64,000 nt of DNA from Marsupella aquatica (Eukaryota; Plantae; Marchantiophyta). The number at the start of each line of letters is the position of its first letter. The first letter of the stretch is position 1. Shown piece after piece: positions 50,501 through 64,000 of the stretch. The stretch spans positions 8,048,184-8,112,183 of the forward strand of contig OZ316895.1 of the NCBI GenBank assembly GCA_973895155.1, written 5' to 3'. The notes beneath the pieces are model-generated. The model ran no database searches. It was not told the DNA's origin and saw only the letters and a list, made by a program, of their open reading frames with translations. A program made the translations under genes and the position numbers.

Positions 50501-53500
50501 AAGTCTACTTCTCGGAGCTCAACATCTCCTTTGACCTTTTCGGGAACTAATCCACTCTCATCAGAGACATCGATCACAGGAACTCTTTTAATGACTTCGA
50601 ATATCGTGTAGGCTGCCCCTTTACCAGCCCCAACTGCAGTCAAAGATGGAGAAGCCTGACCCAATGACCTGAGTGAACACAAAGAAGGGTTATGAGCACG
50701 TGCTTATTCGAGAAAATCTGTCTTGATTTTAGATTCAAAAATCAGAAGGCAGACCGAGACACAGTAAATACGCTTCCTTCTTTTATGTGTAGAACGAGTG
50801 TCTTAAGTTACCGAAACCTTTCTTTGAGAACAGTTCAGATTCTCTAAATTGGAACAGATCCCTCGAGAACTTCATTTTACAATGGTTCTGCAAAACATTC
50901 CCAAGGAACAAATTATACTGAGACGAGTTCAAAAACCAGCCAGCCACTGACTGTTTACTCGACATTAATCAGCAATGAAGCAAGAAGGGTGCAGGTTTTC
51001 GTACATGGCTCCAGTCAATACTGCAAATATCACGTTGGTGACTTCGCCTCCGTTTAGACTTCCGTTGAGAACAAGCTTCGATCCATACCAAAGCGCTAGC
51101 GAATAAGATGCGAACAAAGTGCCAATGAGGAGCCCAAAACCCAACCCGCCAGCGAGGCCCTCCCACATGCCTGCCTTCTCTGCCCTCTGCAAGTTGTTGT
51201 CATAATCTTGCACTGTCTTTTCCTCCCCTGTGTAGGATGCCACCTGCAATACGATTGCGAGGTGCAACACCGTTATCTTTTGGCATAACAGGATCTCGTG
51301 CCCAGACCAGATCACACGACCGATAGTACTACCGGTATTGGGAAAAGAAGAGAGCAGGAGATTGGGATTTTTAGAACTAGAAATTACTCCAGCTGAACAG
51401 TGCGAGCTGATCACGAGTCTAGAACCATGTCAAAGAAGAAAAACTGCTGCCTTAAACCGCATAGCTTGAAACCAAGACATCTCATAAATAACCTACTCAG
51501 CAATTAGTTTCGCAAGTATGTAGAGGCAACTTTGTAGTGTCATCGTTGCATGAAGAGATAGGTCATGACATTGTCAGAATCAGCGTCTAAGCAAAAACGA
51601 AACTGCTCAAACAACTTCGCGATTACGTGATTCAACCCACCGTTCTGATGGCACCGATTGCTTGCTCCACTACGGCACCAGCCGAAGCATAGGCAGTTTG
51701 CGACATATTTGTGGTTTTCGAGATGAAAATGGCCATCATGCCACCAGAGATGACTAAAATAGGCATGACTGCCATTAACACAAGGGTAAGCTTCCAGCTC
51801 CTGATGAAGGCCACTACAAAGCCACCAACGAAGGATGCAACCAGCTGAATAAATTTGCCCACCTGTGGAAAGAGTAGCATAAGTTTACGAAAGTTTCACG
51901 TGGAAATTTCACATGGAAATTAAAAATATGTACAACGAGCAGTGAACAATTGTTGGCCATTCTTCAAGCTTCGAGGAAAACCTATCGCAATACGCTAACA
52001 AGAGATCAGAGACATTTTCAATCACGTTGCAAACCTCGGGCCCACCAATCTCAATGTTGTGAAAAGTAAACGACAAAATGAAGCAGACTGGATTCAAGAC
52101 CTTTTCCCCTAAGGCCTCCCGGATGACAACAGTGTCCCCAGACATTCTTGTTATGACCTCTCCGGTTGATGTGTCAGTGTCGAAGAAAGAGATATCTTGT
52201 CGCAAAATTGCTCTCAAATACTTACGCCTAATTCGAGCAGCCTGTCTCTCTCCTGCTATTGTCCAACAAGCCACTTCTGCAATACAGAATCAAAGCAAAA
52301 AAGCTAATCTTAGCAATCTCATCAAACGCATCAACTATTGGACAGTGTGCTGTAAGAAATTTTGAATTCAATTCATAAGAGGCAGACTGCCCTGGGTGTC
52401 GAAGATGTTTCTTTGTTTCTGACATTCTGCAAACCTTCCTATATGAGAAAGTGTAGCATCTGCTCTGTTGACCTCGGGGGTCCTCTTTCGGAATCAATCT
52501 CTATTTTGTTTTTAGCGTCTCCTTTATTTATTTTTGAGGGTTGAGCAGTGCTGCCATCTATTTAATTTTTATATAAACAAAGAATTGGTAAATTCAACAC
52601 ATTTTCGTTTCCAATCTCCTTGAGTTTAGGAGAGACAATTCGGGGATCTAACACACCCAAGTAGCCTGCGATTCCGCCCCCGACTCCCAGATATAAAAAA
52701 TTTAACACCACCTGCGCATTTGTTCCACAATTGATTTTTAGACCTACATAAAACCCCAGCGATCTGTCGAAACGTGAGACAGAGGAATTGACAAGAAAGT
52801 GAGTATAAGAGGAACCGCCGGCCGGCCAACCAGTTATTTGAGATACACGAGCTAGCCTCAAACCGTCACGAATAAGCATTGATCAAACTACAGGGAAGTC
52901 ATGATTGGATTGGAACGGATCAACTAGCTACGCCAATATAAGCACAGGGATGGGGAGAAATCAAATTTAAATTTTTTGAAAACTAAAATTCGATGAGTTA
53001 GACGGCAGTTCTCGGGAGCGATCATAATATTAAAGTGTTCAAGACTGCATACCTTGTTAACATCGTGGACCAATTGATGAGTACTGACACCGTAATTCTG
53101 GCCAAATGCGTTGATGAGGTCTCCGAACAGCAAAGTCATGAGAGATTGTGTGAGCCCGGCGCCAATCGCACCTATCGATCCCACGATCATGAGCAGTACA
53201 TCTGTCCCGTCTGCAAATCCAAACAGCTTCAGCAGTGATACAGTTTGAATCGTCTCATTCTTCCTTTTACTCTCCAAGTCCGATGTAGAGTCCTTCGCAT
53301 CATCATCACCACTTTTGCCTCCGGAGGCAACAAGAACTTCCGGGTCTCCTCCGTTACCACGACTAATCTTCCCTAAATCTTCGTTCTCCGTGGCCACAGA
53401 CCTTCCTGGTGTCTTGTCTGGAGATGCATTGAAGATTCTATCCTCAGAAGTAGTGGGATAGACTGCTGCAGTCGGAAGCCCGTCACCCGCTGGATCCGCC

Positions 53501-54860
53501 ATTTTGAAACGAAGCCTCAGAAAGAAAGATCAAACGCCTCAAACCACTTTGCTCCTCCGTTCAAACCCGAACCTCACCTTCAATTATCCATAGAGTTACG
53601 GAGACATGAGGTACTAGTAGTGCAGAACGATGGAAAAAATGAGTATCCACAAGAAATCCCGCAGGTCTCGAAGCAGCTCAAGCCCTACAACAGAACCTCA
53701 GCTCGTGCGAAAGCTGTTGCGCAGCTTCATATCAAGCAATTTCTGACGTCACGTAGCACATCTCGTATTCGATATGTCCATTTTGAATTTAAGCTGTCGA
53801 CCTTCTTGAGACTCCCGGACCCACAACTGCCAAAAGATCCATTACAGATTCTAAATCAGAAACGGACCTCAATTCTTTCCCACAAACAAAAATATAAGAA
53901 TGCTTGAAATCTGTTATGCCACTTGAACCATGACAGAACTCGAAGCAAATTATTAAACAAGTTGTACCATAAATGGAGTCAAAGGAATGGAGCAAAGAAA
54001 TATGCGAGACAGTCTTCCTTCAAGTCAGAGCGATAAACTTACAATCCACACACGGACATAAAATACTCGCTGAATTGGTTTGAACCAATTCAAATGTGGG
54101 GCATTCCGGAACTCATTTTCGCTGCCACTAAAATCCACCTCAATTGACTTCCAGGCACAGACAGAGAAACGCAATGAAACCAATTTAAATTTCAGACACT
54201 CAAGAACTCATTTCGCCACCATTACCCCAACGGCGAGTGTCAACCACGTTGGCTCTCGTCTGCTCAAAGCACGACAACAACGACTGCATTCTCCTCTTCA
54301 ATCTCTTCGTTTGCGGTATTCAAATCATTAGGAGCAGCTCGCAATCCGCGGCATTCGAATCTCCGGCCTGAAACGAAAACTTTACTGAGCAATCTGGGGG
54401 CCGAAGGTAGCACCAAAAGTACGGGAACTGGCAACAGGCATGGTGAATCAACCGCGTCCGGCAATGGAATGTATGATGTTCGATCTCAGGATTTCGAATG
54501 CGCAGCGGAAGAGAAATGGATCTTGCAGTTTACCGATCCCGTTCCCTGCTGTTCAGAGCTGACACCACTGAAGGCATCACTGAAAAACAGAATTGCTGGC
54601 TCGAATTGCGGGATCTGTGCGGCAGAAGACACTGTATTTTCACAGCTTTGCCAGATAGACAGAGAGAGGAAGCCAAATTGCCAAGTTCGCAGGACAGAGA
54701 GCTTCTTGAGAATCTTGAGGGAGCGCAAATGTCCATGAGTGTCGGGAGCTGGCCTTCATGTGAACTGTTCTTGTCGTGGACCAACCTCCGCAGTGAAAAG
54801 GGAAGGCCGTCCATAAGTATCCAGATTTCTCCGGTTTGCAATTCTTGTATTGGACGTCAA
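44590..54860. repeat. Segmental tandem duplication, copy B
   Basis: Collinear with 30600-41700, including introns and upstream region. Confidence 0.9.
46452..53502 (-). CDS. Full-size ABCB transporter, copy B (paralog of 33384-40297)
   Basis: Same exon structure and motifs as copy A. MADPAG start; ends HTSTS*. Confidence 0.93.
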
Positions 54861-55538
54861 TAGAAGTATCCTGCCGTCGGTCTGTGTCCCTCTGCCTGGC
54901 TTTTGTGCAAGACTGCTTTTGTGCAAGACTGCTTTCTTTACTAATGAACTATCTATCTAGCTATCTACAACAACTATCTATCTAATGAACTATCTATCTA
55001 TGTACAATTATAATAAGGGATCTCGCCTTGTTTTGTTCTTTGTCCCAATATCATTGTTCTTTGTCCCAATAAGAAAAAGTTCTTGGACGGGAAAGATCTA
55101 TCTACAACTATAATAAGGGATCCCATAATTTTTTGTCCTTTGTCCAGATACAAAATAGCTCATGGATGAAAAAGATCCAGAGCCATTGGATTCGATTGAC
55201 TGTTTTCCTGACCATTAATGGAGGATATGTGCACCCCTGGCATCCCACTGCCCCATAAATGTCCCGGCCCAACTCGCTATGGGCTGGCCCTCCTTGCCCA
55301 GTGCAAGGCACGGGCATAGGGCTGGCATTCAATATTAGGGACAACTGTAATTATTTAGCCCTAAAACTACAATTGTCCCTAAAACCCTGAACACTTTTGG
55401 GAAGATTGGCCCTACCCATTTTGTTTCCTTCCCTTATTGGGTTGCATGGCCTTGGTGGACCTTGTCTCCAGGTTTGGAGTTTTTGTCTTTTGGCACTTTG
55501 AGATATATAGTATGATCCTTCGAGGGCACCTTTCTATG

Positions 55539-55668
55539 TTCTAGTACAAGCATTTTATGTCCTTGATTGTGATTACCTTTGTAGGTTCTAGTACAAGCAT
55601 TTTATGTCCTTGATTGTGATTACCTTTGTAGGTTCTAGTACAAGCATTTTATGTCCTTGATTGTGATT
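55539..55668 (+). repeat. 47-bp tandem repeat x2.7
   Basis: TTCTAGTACAAGCATTTTATGTCCTTGATTGTGATTACCTTTGTAGG at 55539, 55586 and 55633. Confidence 0.95.
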
Positions 55669-57249
55669 CACTCACTGCCCTGCTTTGACAGGCCCTCATC
55701 GGCTAGTGTGGCAATAAAGGGAACTGCCGCACTGAGTCCTAGGCAGGTGTCTGTGAGGAGTAGCATGTTAATAATAGGGCGTCTCTTCAGCCATACAAAA
55801 ATGGCCGTAGTTTTTTCACTAAGAAAGCCATAAATAAATGGCCATAGTCTTTTCATAGAGTTATGTAAGAAAAATAAAATTCATTAGACTCTAGAGTGAC
55901 TTTTGGTGATGCCATATGACCAATATGGCAAAAACTTATGTATTATGAATTTGGTTGTCCTTAACTGCTAAGTTGTAGTCTATTCAATAAATAAATTTTG
56001 ACGTTTGAGATCCCCACTATTAAGTTGTTTCATTAGGGGGTCTCAAATATAGTTAGGGGAGTCTCATGGCAGTCCGGGTTTAAGTTTGAGAGACACGGCT
56101 AAAAACCTCCCTGAGCATAGCCCGTTGCGGGATTTTATGGTGTCCAGATGGCCAGTTCCCCATGTGAAAAACTGGAATCTCTGCTACTTTGTGACTTAAC
56201 TGGTATCGAGGATGAGAGCGGAAAATGAGCGAGACGTCACATTATGGTCTACATGTCGGACGTCGAATTGCTGAAATGATCCACTAATTTGTGAATTCTG
56301 TAAAGAAGAGCGAATAGCTTAACTAGAACTTCTCGATCTTCTCAACTAGGTCTGTTGTGTAAACACACGATGGATGCAGAGGCTCAGGAATTGAATCTTG
56401 GTATGGCCTCATTCAAATTTGTCAGGTTTTGGATTTCTGTATCAATTTTTAAAATGTTCTTAAACATTGTAAATTTCTCGGCATGAAAAGTTCAAGTTCT
56501 GAATTCGCATAATGAACCCATTGACATAGTTGTGGACGGCATTCAGAGCCAGGGATTTGCATCTCCGTCAAGCAGGTTCCTTAAGTATCTTCAATTTTCT
56601 AGTGGTGGCATCATTTGGAATGCGCACTGGATTGGCTAACCGGAAGGCTTGTGATCAAAGCAAGATTGAGCCAAGACGACTGGAGCCCCATATGTTCAGT
56701 AGGTCTCTTAAATTCTAAGTTTTCTCCCCTCTTCCTTGCGTACGGTATCTCCCTCCCTCATGGCGTCATGCATATCCTTGTGCTCACTTAGTGAGCAAGC
56801 TTCTTTAAATCTCCTCTGTTAGTATATGCAACTGAGATATTAGTTGGACTAATATCTCAGTGAAGTGAAGTGACGTGTTCAAAACTTTGCTACACATGTC
56901 TGTTGTCTATTGTAGTTTGTCTGCAGTATCTTACATTTGACCAGTTGTTCACCCCATTCTGTTTTGCAAGCTATTCTGAACATGCACATCACACTCTGAG
57001 GTGTCAAATTCTTTGGAAGTCCGCCCGTAATGTTCTAGAAGAAATAATGTTACAGATTGATATGAAATGAAGCCCATATCTGCCTCGTAGATAGCGTCTG
57101 TGTCATGTTATGTGGTATAAATGTACTGCTACGTCACCGATGAACTCGTCACCGATGAACTCGCAAAGAGTTTTGTGATTGCTGGGTTGTCTCTATTGCT
57201 TGCGAATCAGAGCATTATTCTGCACTTTACCTGCTACATTCCAGCTTTC

Positions 57250-57399
57250 CAGCCCATTAATAACGCATGGGTGGCACTAGGAAGAGCCGGGGAGCCTGAT
57301 TTAAGGGACGGAGACAACCAAGTGTCATCTCACAAGTGCAATTAGGACAGGCGGTCCAGAAGGAGGGATCTCTCTTCCTGTGTTTTCTGGAAAAGATCA

Positions 57400-57433
<34 letters not shown>

Positions 57434-58130
57434 AGACCCCTGGCCCGACAATCGTTCATGTCTGCCATGAAACGACCCATTGTCTCCTTCGCCAACTTCG
57501 CGTGAAGGCTCTTCAAGAGTTCCTCAACCTCCTTTAATGTAGCTTTCCGGGTCTTAATGAGATCCTCTTCCTCATTGAAGGACGGATCCCTCTGCTTCCT
57601 CGTTTCCAGGAGATCCATGGCCAGCAGCTGTGCTATGACTCCAGCGTATCACGCAGTGCTGCCCACATTCGGAGCACTTCGTATGTCATTCTCAAACTTT
57701 TGCACTCTTGTACTGTTTGTTGCAATTGGGACAGGCAGTCAAGAGGTCGTCGAGCTCGGAAAGATCATCCTTGGGAAGGCCTTGTTATGGTCGGCTTGCG
57801 TCTGCTTATCGGAAGAATGTTGTCTGCGCTGCAACTGAGTTTGAACGCTTCTTCAGGCCCTACAGCTTTATTTTTACCTGGAAGTAGGAGCAGAGCCTAG
57901 AGTACTGTTTGATCATGCTGTCTTCAGCTCCAGGATCAACCTGGACAATGCTGTACCAATCCATCGGTGCCTCCCAGCGCTTGCGCAGCGACGTGAACCT
58001 CCAGAACCAGTCGCATATTAGACAAAAGTTGTGGAGTAGGAAGGAGTTCTGCGCTATAAGGGCAAACTTCTTTGCCCGATGGGCTAGTATTGTCCATTAC
58101 ACGAACCGGTTTATCCTTGTTACATTCCAT
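57250..58130 (-). pseudogene. Frameshifted DnaJ (J-domain plus C4 zinc-ribbon) pseudogene of the plant MECNKDEA-type family
   Basis: Pieces across frames: MECNKD (58130), AKKFALIAQN, VLEVHVAAQ, DWYSIVQVDPGAED..IKQY, LLPGKNKAVGPEEAFKL (HPD lost), TACPNCNKQY..KCSECG, and a second SFWTACPNC. Confidence 0.75.
57402..57431 (+). repeat. (TC)n microsatellite
   Basis: About 15 TC units inside the DnaJ pseudogene. Confidence 0.95.
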
Positions 58131-61100
58131 CGCTACAATTCCAAAACCCGTATGCACCCCAAATATTTGAACTACTCCCTGTGTTCCCTCGGGAGCTTCT
58201 AAATAATGCTGTTGGCCAGAATCCTGCACCAAGTGGAAAAAGTCCGTCGGCTGGCTGAATCAAAAGATAATAATCGAAGTTTCAATCAGGCTCGCGGTAA
58301 GGGTAATTTCTTGCTTTGCGAGATGCAACGAACATTAAGTTGGTCCTCATCGCCATATTCAGTCCAAATAGGTTGACAACAGTGTACCTAAGGCCCTTTT
58401 TTTTAGAGTTTCGGTGCGCGATCGCCAGAAGAAGTGCAACGAGCCACGTTATTAATCCTGGCTGCTTCAGGATTTCTTGTGTCCCGCCATTTGTTCTATG
58501 CTGGAGCATCATGCCTTGCGAAATGGACAAACAATTCCAAGCAACTGAAAGGGGACCGACACAACAATGAACTGCTCCGCACAAGCAAACGGAAAACCAA
58601 AGAATGACACATGATCAGTAGACTCCTCTGCACAACCAAATGGAAAAACAAAGAATGACACTTCAGTAGACTCGAGGGGACGAAGAAGGAGTCGTGATGA
58701 AACTCGGATCTTACAAGAAACAGCACCACACTCCGATCCAGCTCTCTTCTCTAGCTGTAGAAAACAATCACCCAGCCACAATCTTGCTTAATTAACGAAA
58801 TCTAACGAAAACTTCCGATAGTAAAGATGCGTGTTTAAATTTGTCACGGTCTTACTCGATCCCACGCGTAGAGCGATAGCGAATTAGGTCCTCGCAGAAA
58901 CCGCTAGCACGGAGTATCGTAGAGTGTCCACACGGAGCCCAGGTGCTTCGTACTCTTTTCGCTAAGGCTGAAAGTGCATCGCAGTACGCCTCCATTGAAA
59001 TTGAAGCTGAATGGAAATTCTCCATAAAGCTTTTGCACACCTACCGACGTACTGTACAGTCATTCTCAACGACGTTGAGAAGCCAGGTACTTCTCCTGGA
59101 TAGGGGACGAGAAGGGTCATTGTCTCATTCATGTGTACATTATGCGTAATCTGAGTTCGTTTACCTAGTGGTTATAGGTACAGTGCAGTAGTCTACACCA
59201 CAATTCCGATGTAGGCTTCTGCACATATCTGCTCGATACAACATCGTCGACCAATGGTTGAACCATCGCAATTAAGTGTCATAATTTTACAAATTATTGA
59301 CAACTTGTGTTAGAAACATAGTATTCTATACATGCAGTTGGTACATTTCATGTGCGGATAATTGAATTGCAAGAACAAGGGAACACACTCCAAACAATTG
59401 CGGAACTTCTGTTTCTTACTCTGTAGATGCGGAAGAAATAGAAACCAGTGTGTTGAATTTCTTTACAAATCATCATGAATTAATATTTCTAGAGAAGAGC
59501 TATTGAAATTTCGATCCTGCGTTGGAACCTGAGAAAACTTTTACTTGACTCACTCAGTACCATTAACTTGCTCATCGTTGACAAGGGTACTCTCATCTGG
59601 CAGGTGTTTGTTCAATGTGGAAAGTTAAATATTCGTTGACAGCTCCTTTCAATAACCAATCGTCCGGCAGACCGAGCACTGTCCAAAGTGGCGCTTGGAA
59701 GTTCCCAACTTCGTTAAACTCGTCTCGGGGGCCTTTTGGAGAATGCTTATATGTGAGCTCTGAGCATGATGGGTGAGGCCTACTATATGGTTCTGTCCAA
59801 GACACAATGGACTTCAGATTCATAGCGCCAGCGGACCGCCAAGTCGCCAAAGGATGTACCCCCACAGTTAGCATGAGTCACTACAATTTCGTAAAGAACA
59901 AGTTTATAGGTATGAAAATTTGAGATGAAATTAATCTAGAAATTAGATCATTCTTGGTTTGCATATATAGCTTGTGGATAGGGAGGAGATTGTTGACATA
60001 CGCCCACTGTAATCCAAGTCGTATCCCCGGCATAATGAATGATTCTACCATCTTGGAATGATTGAGAGAATGATGATAGAGTTTATGAAATTTACTAGAT
60101 ATCAATTGAATGCTTCACAGAGCCAATTTTATTCTTCCTAAAGACAGCAAGTAATCTTCATTTGGCCGTTGTAAAAGTCGCAAACCCGGGTGAACCGGAT
60201 TCCATGTCATGATTCTTGCTGCAGCTTATAAAACGTATACTAATATGCCAGGAACTTGAAGTTGCTAGTCATTATTGATTCAGATTGTCGATTCAAAGTG
60301 TCTGATAAACGACACCATGTTCAGACGATGAAGCCCGGATGCACAGAGAGAATTGTAACAAAACCCGGGATGGACAAAGTTTAAGACGATAAATCGAAGT
60401 TAGGTTCATTTGTCACATTACATTGAAGTTCCCAAAATGAAGGATCTAAATTCCAGTAAGTGTACAATGCGTGAGCAGCAGAATTCGTGGCAATCTAGTT
60501 TATTTTAAATTGAAATTTCTGGAATATCGTTCCAGTTGCCTGCCGACTGCCAAGGTGATTGTCCCATTTCAATCTTCGCCTCCTGAAGTAGATTCTTGAG
60601 TGCGTTACAGATGCTGGGTAAGGAAGTGATAGCCAGAGAACAGAGCCGATTCCACTTGACTAATATTTTTCATGTCCTGAGCCAGATTTCGAGACGGTCA
60701 CTGTGAAGAGACGGTCTTCCATGTTACCGTCTTTCATCTTCGGTCTCCATTCGATTTGAAGTAGACCATCATCCAGCTTCTCTTTCCCTCCCTCAACTCT
60801 GCCATTCCAGCTTTGTATGGACACGGCTCTTACGTTCCGGCTAATCCGTCTTAGAACGGGCAGGAGCATTTCAATTGAAGCAATGGGCTAGCGAAAATGT
60901 CGTGACGATCGGTAAGTACGTCATCGCAAAACATTTCAAATTGTGCGCAAGTACTAAATTTCTGGACATTACCCATCATTGAAAAACGCTCGAAAATGTG
61001 GAAACCGAAAATTAACTGGACTATATACAAATATATTCAATTCGGTACAACATATTAACAGCCGTTTCTACAGCGTCGTTAAGACATCCCTAGCTCAACT

Positions 61101-61232
61101 CTCCATCGACGGTGAAAGGGTTAAAACACCCCTCGCTCTTCATCTCTCGCTCAAGGGTGTATTCTATGTTCTGTGTCAAAGCATGACTACACTTTCAAAA
61201 GAAACGCTCTGCAGCGCGAATGAAATACTTTC

Positions 61233-63197
61233 CTAATCAACCTCTTCTATCTTAGGACCCGCCGCCCCTCCTGAACCAGAGGGCACACCATCATCTGCAC
61301 CACCATATGATGGAGGCGCATCAGCTGCACCGCCTGCTCCGCCTTGGTACATCTTCGCGATGATAGGATTGCAGATTCTTTCCAACTCTTTCTGCTTATC
61401 ATCTAATTCGTCTGCCTCGGCGAGCTGGTTGCTATCAAGCCAACTAATGACACCCTCGACGGCGTCCTCGATTTTCTTCTTGTCAGCAGGACCCAAGCTG
61501 CTCGAAATCTTCTCATCTTTGATGGTATTCCTCATGTTGTAAGCATAATTTTCTAAGTTATTCTTAGCCTCCACCTTCTTCTGGTGCTCTTCATCTTCAG
61601 ACCTGTACTTCTCGGCATCTTGAACCATCTTCTCGATCTCATCTTTGCTCAACCTCCCCTTGTCGTTGGTGATGGTAATCTTATTCTTTTGACCAGTGGT
61701 CTTGTCCTCGGCAGAAACATTCACAATACCATTGGCATCAATATCAAAAGTAACTGTAATCTGAGGCACCCCACGTGGAGCCGGGGGAATTCCCGACAGC
61801 TCGAACTTTCCAAGGAGATTGTTATCCCTGGTCCTCGTTCGCTCACCCTCGTATACTTGAATCAACACACCAGGCTGATTGTCGGAATACGTAGAGAACA
61901 CTTGTTCCTTCTTCGTTGGGACAGTCGTATTCCTGGGAATGAGGGTGGTCATCACACCGCCAGCAGTCTCAAGTCCCAAACTCAGAGGCGTTACATCGAG
62001 CAGTAGAAGATCTTGAACCTTCTCGTTACCTTCGCCGCTCAGGATGGCTGCTTGTACGGCGGCACCATAAGCTACTGCCTCATCTGGATTGATACTCTTA
62101 CACAATTCCTTCCCATTGAAGTAGTCCTGGAGAAGCTGCTGCACCTTCGGGATACGGGTCGACCCGCCAACGAGCACGACATCATGAATTTGGCTCTTAT
62201 CCATTTTCGCATCACGTAGACACTTCTCCACTGGTTCCATGCATTTCCTGAACAAATCCATGTTCAGTTCTTCAAACCTGGCGCGCGTAATCGTGGTATA
62301 GAAGTCCATGCCCTCATATAAGGAATCGATTTCAATGGTGGTTTGCGCAGTTGAGGACAATGTCCGTTTAGCTCTCTCGGCAGCAGTTCTCAACCGGCGA
62401 AGTGCTCGAGGGTTGTTGCTAATATCCTTCTTGTACTTCCTCTTAAATTCCTGCACGAAGTGATTCACCAAGCGATTGTCGAAGTCCTCCCCGCCCAAAT
62501 GGGTGTCTCCAGCGGTAGACTTGACTTCAAAAATACCTTCTTCAATAGTCAAAATGGACACATCGAAAGTGCCTCCACCGAGATCGAAGATCAAGACATT
62601 CTTCTCTCCCACACTACTCGCTTTCTTATCGAGGCCGTAAGCGATAGCAGCGGCAGTCGGCTCGTTGATGATCCGAAGAACGTTAAGTCCCGCGATGACA
62701 CCTGCATCCTTCGTTGCCTGTCTCTGCGAGTCATTGAAGTAGGCCGGTACAGTGACAACAGCATTCTTGATGGTAGTGCCGAGAAAAGCTTCGGCGATTT
62801 CCCTCATCTTGGTGAGGACCATAGAAGAAATCTCCTCCCCCGAAAATTCCTTCTCTTCACCCTTGTACATCACACGGACAATTGGCTTGTCCGCAGGTCC
62901 AGGCGTGAGCTTAAACGGCCACAGCTTCATGTCAGCCTGCACTGACGGATCGCTGAACCTTCTCCCGATCAAACGCTTCGCGTCGAAGACAGTGTTGACG
63001 GGGTTCATCGCTACTTGGTTCTTCGCCGCATCTCCAATCAGACGCTCGGTATCCGTGAACGCCACATACGAAGGTGTGGTTCGGTTGCCCTGGTCGTTGG
63101 CAATAATCTCGACCCGATCATGCTGCCAAACTCCCACGCAGCTGTAAGTCGTTCCCAGATCGATGCCGATAGCCGGTCCCTCCCCTTTCTCAGCCAT
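61233..63197 (-). CDS. HSP70: Cytosolic Hsp70, intronless, 654 aa
   Basis: [21 protein letters not shown] and [14 protein letters not shown] signatures; C-terminal GPKIEEVD. Confidence 0.99.
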   Translation of the reverse strand: MAEKGEGPAIGIDLGTTYSCVGVWQHDRVEIIANDQGNRTTPSYVAFTDTERLIGDAAKNQVAMNPVNTVFDAKRLIGRRFSDPSVQADMKLWPFKLTPGPADKPIVRVMYKGEEKEFSGEEISSMVLTKMREIAEAFLGTTIKNAVVTVPAYFNDSQRQATKDAGVIAGLNVLRIINEPTAAAIAYGLDKKASSVGEKNVLIFDLGGGTFDVSILTIEEGIFEVKSTAGDTHLGGEDFDNRLVNHFVQEFKRKYKKDISNNPRALRRLRTAAERAKRTLSSTAQTTIEIDSLYEGMDFYTTITRARFEELNMDLFRKCMEPVEKCLRDAKMDKSQIHDVVLVGGSTRIPKVQQLLQDYFNGKELCKSINPDEAVAYGAAVQAAILSGEGNEKVQDLLLLDVTPLSLGLETAGGVMTTLIPRNTTVPTKKEQVFSTYSDNQPGVLIQVYEGERTRTRDNNLLGKFELSGIPPAPRGVPQITVTFDIDANGIVNVSAEDKTTGQKNKITITNDKGRLSKDEIEKMVQDAEKYRSEDEEHQKKVEAKNNLENYAYNMRNTIKDEKISSSLGPADKKKIEDAVEGVISWLDSNQLAEADELDDKQKELERICNPIIAKMYQGGAGGAADAPPSYGGADDGVPSGSGGAAGPKIEEVD

Positions 63198-63444
63198 CTC
63201 GTCCTTCTAGCTCGTGCTCAAGACGCAAGTATCTTCTGCTACCTCGAAATCGAGAAGTCGATACACTCACTCTCAATCACGCTACACGAAGCGGAATGTC
63301 GAGCGACAAAATTGCTCTGGCTACAAACTAAATGCTCTCTCCAATGAACGACAGAATCACTCTGGCTAGAAACTACTAATCCTCGTTCCGAACGTCCGCA
63401 CTCCAATCCGAATTCTGAATGCCACCTCCAGAGATGAGAAGGCG

Positions 63445-63655
63445 CACTTATACTCTGCCCGGATTCGGCTCCACGAAAGCTCGGCCTGCCATGTCACCGC
63501 TGGGGATCCCTCTCCAATTCCATCGCTGGGTCCAGTAGACTCATCTGAACCTTCTACCGAGTTCCTTCCTTCACGGTTTGGACTCGATCATGCTGAGTGG
63601 GCGGGTCTCTACTACTCTAGAGTTCTCCGGGCGTTTCTCGAAGGCTCTGGGAGCA
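63445..63655 (-). promoter_or_regulatory. Hsp70 promoter: TATA box and heat-shock elements
   Basis: TATAA on the minus strand at ~63448-63452. nGAAnnTTCn arrays at ~63547 (TGAACCTTCT) and ~63615-63650 (TCTAGAGTTCTC..TTTCTCGAAGGCTCT). Confidence 0.65.
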
Positions 63656-63729
63656 TCGTGAAGTGGCTTCTCCGAGCTTCTGTCTGAGGGGACCGTAGCG
63701 AGGTAGCCTTTTTACCGTAGTAAGTGGCG

Positions 63730-64000
63730 TTTATTGTTTCGTTTTTTCGTTTCCTTTTCTTCCAATGACAATTCATGAAAACACGCACAAATTCCAAATT
63801 GAGCCAATATGCATTTTGCAATTCGGCTGACATCATCACGACATCGTTTAACTGTAGTTGGTTTGTTTCTTTTTCTGCGAATGACAATCGTGAAAACACA
63901 TATAAAATTAAATTGAACCAGTACGCATTTTACTGTGCTTGTGACATCATCACGATATTGTTTCGTTTTATCGTTTCCTTGTCTTCCAATGACAATTCAT
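63730..64000 (+). repeat. ~110-bp imperfect tandem repeat running off the window
   Basis: AATGACAAT..TGAAAACAC..AAATTGA.CCA.TA.GCATTTT..TGACATCATCACGA repeated. Confidence 0.7.

Noticed and set aside
61360-63347. Plus-strand ORFs overlapping Hsp70
   Set aside because: Antisense ORFs of this kind commonly arise from Hsp70 codon bias, and there is no independent evidence for them.

Overview
Eukaryotic nuclear DNA from a land plant. The GT-AG introns, gene families and compact introns suggest a bryophyte such as a liverwort, but the taxon is my inference. Bases 1-~11.7 kb look like the inside and right part of a large DNA transposon-like element carrying two divergent genes. The plus-strand gene is a decayed Sola-like (DUF7869-type, DDD) transposase with three N-terminal TNP1/En-Spm-like beta-barrel repeats. 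The minus-strand gene is a spliced protein of about 1300 aa or more with a ParB/Srx-like domain followed by a beta-class N4/N6 amino-methyltransferase-like fold; its third exon is absent from the supplied ORF track because it runs off the window edge. Introns of both genes contain arrays of palindromic repeats. The rest of the window holds host genes: a TSC10/KDSR-like SDR, an A_thal_3526-family gene with a duplicated terminal exon, two tandem full-size ABCB transporters from a ~11 kb segmental duplication, a DnaJ/zinc-ribbon pseudogene and an intronless cytosolic Hsp70 with heat-shock elements. There are also two solo LTRs with TSDs, a tRNA-like SINE head, MITE-like inserts and several minisatellites. 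All domain calls come from reading motifs by eye; no database search was run.
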